A stretch of DNA of 31,485 nucleotides from a virus (taxonomy: Duplodnaviria > Caudoviricetes), in IMG/VR virus record IMGVR_UViG_3300031857_017809, positions 1-31,485 of that record. One strand, written 5' to 3'. Shown in pieces: positions 17,224 through 25,613 of the stretch. The notes under the pieces were generated by a model that was not told the origin of the DNA, did not search any database, and saw nothing but the letters and a program-made list of their open reading frames with translations. Positions within the stretch are counted from its first letter, which is position 1. Each line of letters opens with the position of its first letter. The translations under genes were made by a program, and so were the position numbers.

Positions 17224-17831
17224 GACCTGGCCCCCGCGTACAGCGTCCCCTGGCTGCCAGCGTTCAGCAGTCCACCCAGCGTCTGCCAGGCATAGGCAGA
17301 ATCCGGAGCATCCAGCCGTGCCAGTTCCGCATCCACCTGGGCAATGGCCTGCCGCAGTTGCATGGACCTGCGCGATCTGCCTGCCGTCCTGGTCCGTTCC
17401 CCGATGCCGGCCTTCCAGGCAGCGTCCCCCACACCCTGCCGCCCTCTGCCGACCCGTGCCTGGGCCGCATCCGCGGCCAGTTCGGTATCGGCCAGATCGC
17501 CGGCCTGACCGGCCTCGCGCAGATAGGCGGCCAGATAGTCCTGGCTGCCCCCGGGTGCGCCGGTCGGCCGCTCCACCGTGGGCGTGGCCACCGCATTGCC
17601 AGCCGTCTCCTGGGAGTCATTCAGCCCGGTGATGGCCGCCGACAACGTGGCGGCCCTGTCCCTGGATCCTTCCCAGGCGTTGGTGCCCAGTTGATCCAAC
17701 AGGGCCGTCCGCTGCTCCTGCCAGCGGCGTATGGCTCGCTGCCGGGCGCGGGCCGCCTGCCGCCCTCCGATGTAGTTGGCCGCGGCCCCGGCCACGCCCA
17801 ACCCTACGCCGATCGCCAATGGTGCCACCAT
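17220..17831 (-). CDS. Putative DNA ejection protein (T7 gp14/P22 gp7-like position), 203 aa
   Basis: G/A-rich hydrophobic N-terminus MVAPLAIGVGLGVAGAAANYIGG followed by A/Q/R helical sequence; SD AAAGGAG. Confidence 0.7.
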   Translation of the reverse strand: MVAPLAIGVGLGVAGAAANYIGGRQAARARQRAIRRWQEQRTALLDQLGTNAWEGSRDRAATLSAAITGLNDSQETAGNAVATPTVERPTGAPGGSQDYLAAYLREAGQAGDLADTELAADAAQARVGRGRQGVGDAAWKAGIGERTRTAGRSRRSMQLRQAIAQVDAELARLDAPDSAYAWQTLGGLLNAGSQGTLYAGARS

Positions 17832-17843
17832 GTCATGCTCCTT

Positions 17844-18584
17844 TCACAGGTTCCACCACGATGCGGTATCGGGACGGCCGTTCTGATAGCCGCCGTCCCT
17901 CCAGGCATCGTAGCGTCGTTGATTTTCCCGATCCGCTGCCGTGAAGCCCTCGGTCAGGGCTGGCGTGCCGGTGTTGTTCAGGAATCCCGCCACAGCACTT
18001 GCCAGCAGGGTATCATAATCCTGATTGGCCTGACTGCTCATCCCGGCCCCCTGGATCGCCGTGTTCTGGGCCTCCATGGCTGGTCCATAGTCCTCGTCCT
18101 CAGCCAGGATCTGTTCCAGCAGTTGCTGCTCCTGATTGCCTAGACCGGTCAACCCGGCTGCCCTGATCTCCTCGGCCTGGGCCTGGGCCTGGGCTTTCGC
18201 CTTGGCCAAGCGCAGGTCGATGGCCGCGGTTCTCTCGGCATCCATCGAACTGCCAACCACCCCACCCCGGGCCAGGTCGGCCCGGGCCGCCCCCATCACG
18301 TCCCGATGGCCTGCCTCGGACTGCTTCACCGCGCTGGTCCGGAAGGTGTCGGCCTGGTCGTCAATCTGTTTCCTGAAACGCGGATCTCCCGTGGTCTTCT
18401 CCAACAGGTCGATCTGTCGCAGGCGATCCTGATCGCTGGTCAACCAGCGCCCTTCCCAGTCCGGTGCGCTGGCAGCATTGGCCGCGGTGAACCCCGTTCC
18501 CCGCCCGGTGATGGCATCAGTCAGATACCGCACATGACTGCGGATCGGGCTTCTGGCGCGTTCATAATCGGCTTGGGTCAACAT
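17844..18584 (-). CDS. Putative internal virion/ejection protein, 246 aa
   Basis: A/Q/R/D-rich helical sequence with LARGGVVGSS motif; SD AGGAGG. Confidence 0.65.
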   Translation of the reverse strand: MLTQADYERARSPIRSHVRYLTDAITGRGTGFTAANAASAPDWEGRWLTSDQDRLRQIDLLEKTTGDPRFRKQIDDQADTFRTSAVKQSEAGHRDVMGAARADLARGGVVGSSMDAERTAAIDLRLAKAKAQAQAQAEEIRAAGLTGLGNQEQQLLEQILAEDEDYGPAMEAQNTAIQGAGMSSQANQDYDTLLASAVAGFLNNTGTPALTEGFTAADRENQRRYDAWRDGGYQNGRPDTASWWNL

Positions 18585-18592
18585 GCTGCCTC

Positions 18593-19843
18593 CTATGCCG
18601 ACACCGCGGCGTCATAGAACACGGACCCGGACAGGGGCCGCAGCGACCCCACCGGATTGCCCTGCCCGGCATCGGCCAGATTCCCAGCCCCCATCACCAC
18701 CCGGCTGTCCGCATCGAAGCGGTCTGATAAAAACGTCAGGGTGTACTTCCGCAGCGTCAGCGGCCCTATCGCCACGTCACTCGCCACCATCTTCGCTTGC
18801 AGATTATAATGCCCGGCGTTCTGGCTCACCAGCGTCCAGGAATCCAGGTTGGGGATGTTCTCCAGGAAGGTCGTGTTGGGCGCATCGCAGTCATGGTAGC
18901 GGCAGCGGATCCGCACCCGCAGGGTATCGGCATCCACCGCCGCCACGCCCAACAGCGACATGCCGAAGGACTCCTCGTCTCCGTTCATGGCGAACTGCCA
19001 GGCCGACAAATCCGTCGACCAACCACCTACCCAGGCCACGTCATTGGCAGTCAGGTCGTCCACATTCGGCGTCAGGGCCGACCACAACGGCAGGCGTGGC
19101 GACCCAGTGAAGAACGCGCAGGACCAGGTGCTCCACCCCACCCCGGTCACGTCCACCGCCGCGCTCGATGCCACCAGACCGTCCGCAATGGTCAGTCTCC
19201 GCATCGTCCCGGCCACTGCCGCAGCTACCGCTGCCGTCACATTCGACAACGTGGCCAGGTGGGCCGGATCCGTCGCCTCGATGCCGCTGACCTTGGCGGT
19301 GAACGCCTGCGTGCCATCCCGCAGGGCCACCATGTCCCGCCGCACCGCTTCCGCGGCCCCGGTGATGGCATTGGCCGCCCGCAGCAGCAGACCTCCGATC
19401 ATCTGTCCACCGGTCAGCAGCAGGTAGTTGGCCCCCAGGATGCCAGCGATCATGGTCGAAACCTCGCCGCGGTTCACCCCGTCGTCTTCCTCCTCGCTGG
19501 CCTCCACGTGCTTCAGCCGGTTGCCGCCGCAGTCCAGATCCCCCAGCATGGCCGCCAGCCCGGTCCTGGGAAGGTATCCCGAGCCAGCCCCCGGCGATAC
19601 CAGGATGATGACCTGCTTTCCGGCCGCTACCGCGCTGGGCAGGGAAACCCGACTGGCGTTGATCCAGGTGATGGTTCCGCTGATCCGGTTGCCATCCACC
19701 CAGGCCATCGGCGTGTCGTGGTCCACGTCCCAGGTACCCACCAGATCGAACTGTTGTTCGCTCCCGGTGGTCACGCGCAGCGTCCGCGACGGCCAGATCA
19801 CCGTGGCCAGAAAGTCCATGAGCACCGCCTGATCGTAGATCAT
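18593..19843 (-). CDS. Tail fibre/tail spike-like protein, 416 aa
   Basis: N-terminal adaptor-like beta domain, then YLP..G...M.GDLD.GGNRL and YLLLTGGQMIG trimeric-fibre repeats; follows the nozzle gene with an ATGA overlap. Confidence 0.72.
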   Translation of the reverse strand: MIYDQAVLMDFLATVIWPSRTLRVTTGSEQQFDLVGTWDVDHDTPMAWVDGNRISGTITWINASRVSLPSAVAAGKQVIILVSPGAGSGYLPRTGLAAMLGDLDCGGNRLKHVEASEEEDDGVNRGEVSTMIAGILGANYLLLTGGQMIGGLLLRAANAITGAAEAVRRDMVALRDGTQAFTAKVSGIEATDPAHLATLSNVTAAVAAAVAGTMRRLTIADGLVASSAAVDVTGVGWSTWSCAFFTGSPRLPLWSALTPNVDDLTANDVAWVGGWSTDLSAWQFAMNGDEESFGMSLLGVAAVDADTLRVRIRCRYHDCDAPNTTFLENIPNLDSWTLVSQNAGHYNLQAKMVASDVAIGPLTLRKYTLTFLSDRFDADSRVVMGAGNLADAGQGNPVGSLRPLSGSVFYDAAVSA

Positions 19844-21273
19844 CGCGTCACCTCCAGGGCCAGATCATCCAGACGCCAGTCGGCCCCAGCCTCGGCGTCG
19901 AACACCCGGATGGCGATCGACTTGCCCACCTTGGTCACGGGGAAGGACACCGGTTCCGGAGCGCGACCCGGCACGATCGTCGGTCTACCCAGCAGCGTCT
20001 CATCCACCGCCAGGGCCGGCCGGTCATCGGCCACCACCTGCACCGCCACGGATTCCGTGCTGGTCACAGACACCCGCAGCGCGACCTGATCGTATTCCGA
20101 TCGGTCCGGCACGCTCTCATACAGCACCGGGATGGCTGCCGTGGTGGACGGTCCGGTATCATCCACGTCGATCGACGGATTCAGGCTGAACAACATGTTG
20201 CCCGACCTGATCCAGGTCAGTCCCTGGGCTTCGGCAAAGGCATGCACCGGCACCGGCAGCCGCCAGGTACTCCACCCGCGCACCGATTCCCCCGGCACCA
20301 TCGACAGGCACAGCACGTCCTGGCCGAAGGCCAGCAGATAGCACCCCAGTCGGCTGCAATAGTGTCCGATGGGTTCGAGCGACAGGTTGGCCGCCAGATT
20401 CAGGGCATAATCGTCCACCTTGCCACCCATGGCATCGGCCCGAGCGTCCAGGGTCTGCGTCACCTGCGACACCAGGCGGATGCCCGAGTCCGACAGGAAC
20501 ACCAGATCCCCGTTAATCTCCACCGGCGAGCGTTCGGCCCGCGTGCCCGGCCCGGCCACGGCCTGTTCCAGCCCGATCCGGTTCTGGTTCTCATCCATCC
20601 GGTACAAGAGCACGGCCCCGCGATAGAACACCGCCACCCGCCCGGCGAAGGTTCCCAGGCACATGGGCCGACCTCGCCCGGCGGAATAGTTGGCCACGTC
20701 CAACGACAGCGGCCCGTCATCGGTCGATGCCGAAGTCCAGTCCTCCAGGGTGGCCGGATCCGTACCTTCCAAACGCGAACCGCGCAGCGAACGCAGATTG
20801 CCATCCAGGGTCCAGGCCCGGCCGGCGGCCTTGATCAGACTGAACTGCGGGGTGAACCCCGGCGACAACAGCGTGCTCGTCCCCGGCTCCGTCCCCGTGG
20901 GTGGGCAGTGGTGCAAAGCAGTCGAGTCATCGGCCAACTGCACCAGCGCCATGGTCCGTCCGCTGAAATCAGCGATGGCCCCCAGCACGGCAGCGATCGA
21001 CTGGCCCGGGTCGGTGATGTAGTCGATGGTCACGGTGGGGGCCAGATTGCTGTCATCGGTGCCGCTCGGGGCAAGGATCCGCAGATCATCCCCCACCGCA
21101 TGCAACCCCACCGACCCGGCCGGCAAAGCCAGCCGATAATCCAATGCCGGCCGGCGCACCGGGCGTCCATTGGTCGTCACCACTATATTTTTCAGATGGG
21201 TGCAGAATCCCGGCGCATTGGCCATCCCCGGCCGCAGATCCAGCCCCTTGCAGGGGATCAGTGGCTTCTTCAT
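19840..21273 (-). CDS. Tail nozzle/DNA stabilisation protein (P22 gp10/T7 gp12-like), 477 aa (start reassigned to MKKPL)
   Basis: N-terminal KN......G...RRP motif, beta-propeller-like segments (DLVFLSDSGIRLV, GWSTW); ATGA overlap and GGAG SD. Confidence 0.75.
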   Translation of the reverse strand: MKKPLIPCKGLDLRPGMANAPGFCTHLKNIVVTTNGRPVRRPALDYRLALPAGSVGLHAVGDDLRILAPSGTDDSNLAPTVTIDYITDPGQSIAAVLGAIADFSGRTMALVQLADDSTALHHCPPTGTEPGTSTLLSPGFTPQFSLIKAAGRAWTLDGNLRSLRGSRLEGTDPATLEDWTSASTDDGPLSLDVANYSAGRGRPMCLGTFAGRVAVFYRGAVLLYRMDENQNRIGLEQAVAGPGTRAERSPVEINGDLVFLSDSGIRLVSQVTQTLDARADAMGGKVDDYALNLAANLSLEPIGHYCSRLGCYLLAFGQDVLCLSMVPGESVRGWSTWRLPVPVHAFAEAQGLTWIRSGNMLFSLNPSIDVDDTGPSTTAAIPVLYESVPDRSEYDQVALRVSVTSTESVAVQVVADDRPALAVDETLLGRPTIVPGRAPEPVSFPVTKVGKSIAIRVFDAEAGADWRLDDLALEVTR

Positions 21274-22055
21274 AGGATGCTCCAGGTGGCTGTATCCACG
21301 TCCCATCTCAGCGTGCGCAGCCATAGATATTGCTGCGCGGATGGGGATTCGTAATCGGTATGCAGGTTTTCATCCGGTCCATATCCAGGGAAACCATCCC
21401 AGTAATGATACACATAATCATAATGCGGCTGGCAGGTGCAGGCATGCTCTACGTCAAGCCCTCCATGGCTGGCGTCGTCTGACCATATTCCGACTTGAAT
21501 GTCAACATGTTGCCCAGGGGTAGATCCGTCAACAAGGCCACTCAGCGTGATGTTTCGATCTCCGCAACGAGGATAATATGGATAGTTAGAAGGGACATAC
21601 CATCCCGCCCCAGCGCCCTTGCAGTTCAATTCCGGTCCTGCGGCTGGCGCAAGGACCTGGATGGCTCCATAATTTGGCAGAGCAGTAACTGGATAGTACG
21701 CTGCACAACTGTCCTGGGTCAACCCGGTTCCTACCGTCAACGAGACTGGCATTATCCTGGTGTGGTTGATCACGTTTGTGGTTTTTTGCCCATAGCCGTC
21801 GATGATTTCGGCCGTCAACGTGTGCGCCCCGATTCTTCCAATCGCCACATATTCCGGCGGAGTTGGCAGCAAGTTGATGACCTGCGTGCCTCCAGGACCT
21901 GTAATGGTCAGCGTTGCGGTAACTATGGTAGTGGATGCGTCGCACCCATAGCCCACGCTATAACTAGCCTCTGGCGCTGACGTGTCACCACTGACATAAT
22001 GCCAGATGAAATATGGCGCGATGACATCGAAGATTGTCCCCGTCGCCTCGATCAC
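21270..22055 (-). CDS. Tyr/Cys/Gly-rich putative virion surface protein, 261 aa, lower GC; possibly the frameshifted continuation of the upstream gene
   Basis: GTGA overlap with the upstream stop and GGAGG SD; more AT-rich than neighbours. Confidence 0.7.
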   Translation of the reverse strand: MIEATGTIFDVIAPYFIWHYVSGDTSAPEASYSVGYGCDASTTIVTATLTITGPGGTQVINLLPTPPEYVAIGRIGAHTLTAEIIDGYGQKTTNVINHTRIMPVSLTVGTGLTQDSCAAYYPVTALPNYGAIQVLAPAAGPELNCKGAGAGWYVPSNYPYYPRCGDRNITLSGLVDGSTPGQHVDIQVGIWSDDASHGGLDVEHACTCQPHYDYVYHYWDGFPGYGPDENLHTDYESPSAQQYLWLRTLRWDVDTATWSIL

Positions 22056-22723
22056 AGCACCCTCCCGGTCACGGTGGCCCTGACCTTGAAGCTGCGATTC
22101 CCTTGGGTGCCACTGCGGTTGATGATCGCCACGCTCACCGTGGCCCCCGCCGCCGGCACGCTGATGGTCGTACTCACGCCGGTATAGTCAGTCCCGGCCT
22201 TCGCCGTCCCATCCACCGTCACCACCGTCGCCTCCACACTGCTACCGCCATCCGTCCTCTGGATGGTGAACACCGCTGGCGTCACCACCTCAGGCAGCCT
22301 CGGCGAACTCGGGTTGAACGCCCACACCACCCGCACCACCAGGGCCAGGGCATGCAGCCCCGACCCCAGCATCTCGATCCAGTTGTCCCCCGGCGACAAG
22401 GCCACCGTCAGGTCCGTCTGCACCCCGGCCGGCACCGCCACCAGTTGTCCCGATGGATACCGCACCGTCATGCCCTCGCTGGCCGTCACCCGCAGGGCAT
22501 AGGTCGTCGCCTCGGTGGCCAGCCGCACCACCGCCCCATCCCCGCCCCCGGCGGTCTTCTGGATGGTCGTTGATCCCAGCACCACCACCGCGACCTGATC
22601 CGCGCCCCGCACATACTCCCGACCCCCGACCAGACCCGGAGCCACCCGCTGCCCCAGCGTCAACCGCTGGGCATACCGGGCCTCCTGGCCCCGTGGGCAC
22701 CGGATCCGGGCCGGACGCATCAT
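22052..22723 (-). CDS. Virion protein with C-terminal Calx-beta-like (Ig-like) domain, 223 aa (start reassigned to MMRPAR)
   Basis: FTIQRTDGG...TVDGTAKAGTDYTGVSTTISV......VSVAIIN....GNRSFKV matches the Calx-beta pattern; ATGA overlap with the adaptor stop. Confidence 0.75.
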   Translation of the reverse strand: MMRPARIRCPRGQEARYAQRLTLGQRVAPGLVGGREYVRGADQVAVVVLGSTTIQKTAGGGDGAVVRLATEATTYALRVTASEGMTVRYPSGQLVAVPAGVQTDLTVALSPGDNWIEMLGSGLHALALVVRVVWAFNPSSPRLPEVVTPAVFTIQRTDGGSSVEATVVTVDGTAKAGTDYTGVSTTISVPAAGATVSVAIINRSGTQGNRSFKVRATVTGRVL

Positions 22724-23592
22724 TCCCACCCATCCCGCCGCCAGGCGCTCAGGCTGAACGTTCTGCCCGGTTGCTGGCTGGCTTTGAAGGATTCCAGGTA
22801 GGCCGTGTGTTCGGCCAGCAGTTTCTGCGCCTTGTCCTTGTCGTTGCACATGGCCCAGGCGGCCCGGCCGATCACCGCCACCGGATCCAGGGCCAGGGTA
22901 TCGGTTTCCTCCTCCAGGTCGCTCACCGCTGACCGGTACTCGATGCGGATGGTCCCCGCGCCCGGATCGGGCCACAGCTCCATAACCTGCACCGGTCCCA
23001 GCTCCGCCGTCAGAACCGCAGACGATCCACCGCCTGGCGTCAGGGTCGGCACCCCGCTCCATCCCGCCCCGCAGTCCTCGATGGTCACGCTCTCGATGGC
23101 CCCGCCGTCCGTCACCAGGGTCAGCACCGGATCATGGCCGTAGGTGGCCCGGGTTCCCCCCGACACCACCACGGCATCATCATCGGCATATCCGCTGCCC
23201 CCGTTGTCCACCGTCACCCCGATCAATCCGGTGGTGGCGGTCATCTGATACTTCTGCGGCCACCCGGTCGGCGTGGGCTGCTCGCGCCGGTCAATGCCAG
23301 CCGTCAGCACCGTGCGGGTCGTCCCGTCCGACCATTCCACATGGTCAGGCTGCCCCAGCAGGCAATCCGCCGGCAGATCCACGAACCGCTGACCACCGGC
23401 CACCGCCTTCTCCACCACCCGCGCCTGGCGCAGGTAGGTATGGGTCACGGCCAGGTCGTCCTGGGCAGCGTTCAGCCGGCCCAGGATCTCGGCATCCAGA
23501 AGCGGGTTGGCCACGTCGTCATCGACCAGGCCCAGGCGTTGTTTCACCTTGGCGATGGCCCTGGCTACGGTCATACGGGTCGCTGCCGGCAT
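22720..23592 (-). CDS. Head-tail adaptor (tail tubular A/gp4-like), 290 aa, with an inserted beta module
   Basis: I..VKQRLG...ILGRLNAAQDDL helices, DLPADC, GWPQKY...LWPDP...IEY pattern; SD GGAGG; position after the capsid gene. Confidence 0.75.
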   Translation of the reverse strand: MPAATRMTVARAIAKVKQRLGLVDDDVANPLLDAEILGRLNAAQDDLAVTHTYLRQARVVEKAVAGGQRFVDLPADCLLGQPDHVEWSDGTTRTVLTAGIDRREQPTPTGWPQKYQMTATTGLIGVTVDNGGSGYADDDAVVVSGGTRATYGHDPVLTLVTDGGAIESVTIEDCGAGWSGVPTLTPGGGSSAVLTAELGPVQVMELWPDPGAGTIRIEYRSAVSDLEEETDTLALDPVAVIGRAAWAMCNDKDKAQKLLAEHTAYLESFKASQQPGRTFSLSAWRRDGWE

Positions 23593-23612
23593 GGCCCCTC
23601 CGATCGGTCAGG

Positions 23613-23978
23613 TCATTCGCTGAGTTTGCCCTTGGCCTTGGCGGCCTTCTCCTGGGCGATCAGATCGCGCTGGATGCGCGCCTGGTCGGCCCGCTCGTAC
23701 TCCGCGGTGGCCTCAGCCTCGCGCTGCATGGCCGCCGCCAGGGCCTCCGGTCCCGGATAGACCGTCCGCACCACCTCGGCCTTGTAATCGCCGCACAGGC
23801 GTCCGAACTCCTCCAGGGGGGTCTGCGGACGTTCCATCACCGAGGTATGCTTCTCGGTGGTGATGTGTGCGGATGCGGGCCATCCCGCCCGGATGATGGG
23901 CATCTCATAGGCGGGGATTGGGTAGAACACCCGGGTTCCCCCGGAATGGACTTCCATCTTGTGGACTTGGAAGCGCAT
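23613..23978 (-). CDS. Hypothetical phage protein, 121 aa
   Basis: SD AAAGGAAG; protein-like composition; between capsid and adaptor genes. Confidence 0.75.
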   Translation of the reverse strand: MRFQVHKMEVHSGGTRVFYPIPAYEMPIIRAGWPASAHITTEKHTSVMERPQTPLEEFGRLCGDYKAEVVRTVYPGPEALAAAMQREAEATAEYERADQARIQRDLIAQEKAAKAKGKLSE

Positions 23979-23994
23979 GGTGCTTCCTTTCTGG

Positions 23995-24092
23995 TCAAGG
24001 CCCCCGACCGGGGCGCGTCCATGCCACGCTGCCCCCGGCCGGGTGCTGGTGATGACGGGGTTGGGTCAAGGCATGGCCCCGTCAAGGTCAGG
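23995..24092 (-). promoter_or_regulatory. Two GC-rich hairpins downstream of the capsid gene (mRNA stabiliser, attenuator or terminator-like)
   Basis: Minus strand TGACGGGG...CCCCGTCA and CCCGGCCGGGGC-AGCGT...ACGC-GCCCCGGTCGGG; no U-tract follows. Confidence 0.5.
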
Positions 24093-25595
24093 TCAGGAGT
24101 CAGCGGCGACAAAGACGCCGTTGGCTCGCGGACAGTTGCAGGTCAGGCAGTCGGTGTGATCGAACTGCGATTCCAGCAGACGCTGGCGCGGCTGATCGCA
24201 CGGTACGCTCAGGAACTCGTCCAGCCCCTCCTGGACCAGGTAGTCCCAGCTCGGTTCGTACAGGCAGTACATGCGATCGGTGAACGGGGCCGCGATGCCG
24301 GTGGTCGGATAACCACTGCCGGCATTGGCGATGGTCACGGTGGCCAGACGACCGATCCGCACGTCATCTCCGTCCACCTGGGTCAGGCCTGCCCCGCTCG
24401 ATGCACTATACACGGTGCAAGTGATCGAACCGTTGGTTCCGCTTCCCGCATTGCCGATGGCAATGGACGGGGCCGCGGTCAGACCTTCACCAGGATCGGT
24501 CACGGACACGCCGGCAATGGTCCCATCAGCCGCCACATAGGCGATGGCCTGGGGCAACCGGGTCGGGCTGCCGCCACCGCTGAACGTCAGGGTGAGCTGC
24601 GACATGCCCACACCGACTTCGCTGGACGCGACGGTATCCATCTCGTCCAGGGTGTTGTCCCATTCCAGGCTCATGTCCTTGGCACCCAGGCCCAGTCGCT
24701 CATCGGTCAGGAAGGCCTGCACCTTGCCCACATCGTTGGTGGCCTCGGTCTGGAAGGCGGTCTTCAGCTCGATCTGTGCGCCCAGCTTGTCCAAAAAGCC
24801 CTGGCCGGCGAAGCAGCGGAAATTGCCCCTGGGCAGTCCGCTCATCCGGGCCGCCACGCGCACCTGGCGGAAGAACTTCTTGAGCTGGGTCAACAGCGTT
24901 CCGCTCGATCCGGTGGTGCCACGCGGACCCATCCACGGACAGCCGGCAATGTTGCCACTGGCACCGGCAAACAGCACATGCTGGACCCCGCGCACGGTGC
25001 CACGGTTCAGGCCGTCACTGCCGGCCACCGCGCCACCGTAATAGCCGTAGTTCCTGATCGGCAGGATACCGTTCAGGCCGTACAGGCCCTTGGAGCTGGA
25101 TCCCTGCCGGTGCATGCGCAGATCCAACAGGTCCATGTTGCGGGCCAGCCAGCTCTGGGTGTCTTCGGTCAAGCGGTTGTACAGCACCCGCTCGCTCGAC
25201 GGATCACGGCGCACGGCGCGGGCATCCAGGCTCTTGCCGTTGTCATTGGGCAGGATGGTGACGCCACTGACCTTGCGCAGGTCATCGAATCCCCATTTGA
25301 TGGCGTTGAAGAAATTGGAACTGGAGAACGTGGTCCACAGGGTGTTCTGGACCTCGACGGGGTTGTTCAGGCTGTCCGAACCGGACCATTCCTGCCCGGC
25401 GATGTTGTAGGCCGGCTCCTTGATGCCGATCAGCACCCCGTCGCCGGTGAATTGGGTGGTCTTCTTGCGTGATTGCATGAAGTCGTACATGAGCCGGGGC
25501 ATCTGGCCAGTCTTGGTCAAACGCTTTTCCAGCACCTTCTTGCGGGCAAGGCCGGCCAGACGGGCGGCCTGATTGGAGCCGATGATGGCTGCCAT
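24093..25595 (-). CDS. Major capsid protein (HK97-fold expected), 500 aa, with an inserted beta module
   Basis: Follows the scaffold gene; G...KGLYGLNGIL....YYGG....LNR motif, EWDNTLD, C-terminal LTCNCPRANGVF; SD AAGGA. Confidence 0.8.
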   Translation of the reverse strand: MAAIIGSNQAARLAGLARKKVLEKRLTKTGQMPRLMYDFMQSRKKTTQFTGDGVLIGIKEPAYNIAGQEWSGSDSLNNPVEVQNTLWTTFSSSNFFNAIKWGFDDLRKVSGVTILPNDNGKSLDARAVRRDPSSERVLYNRLTEDTQSWLARNMDLLDLRMHRQGSSSKGLYGLNGILPIRNYGYYGGAVAGSDGLNRGTVRGVQHVLFAGASGNIAGCPWMGPRGTTGSSGTLLTQLKKFFRQVRVAARMSGLPRGNFRCFAGQGFLDKLGAQIELKTAFQTEATNDVGKVQAFLTDERLGLGAKDMSLEWDNTLDEMDTVASSEVGVGMSQLTLTFSGGGSPTRLPQAIAYVAADGTIAGVSVTDPGEGLTAAPSIAIGNAGSGTNGSITCTVYSASSGAGLTQVDGDDVRIGRLATVTIANAGSGYPTTGIAAPFTDRMYCLYEPSWDYLVQEGLDEFLSVPCDQPRQRLLESQFDHTDCLTCNCPRANGVFVAADS

Positions 25596-25613
25596 GGTTG
25601 ATTCCTTGGGGTC

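Noticed and set aside
21270-21500. Diversity-generating retroelement variable region
   Set aside because: Aromatic-rich C-terminus is suggestive, but no template repeat or reverse transcriptase is visible in the window
22724-23062. N-terminal extension of the Calx-beta ORF (336-aa call)
   Set aside because: Overlaps the adaptor gene and is G/R low-complexity; coupled ATG at 22723 is more plausible
23847-25472. 541-aa plus-strand ORF, and similar long plus-strand ORFs opposite the portal and scaffold
   Set aside because: Antisense shadows without SD or recognisable protein features
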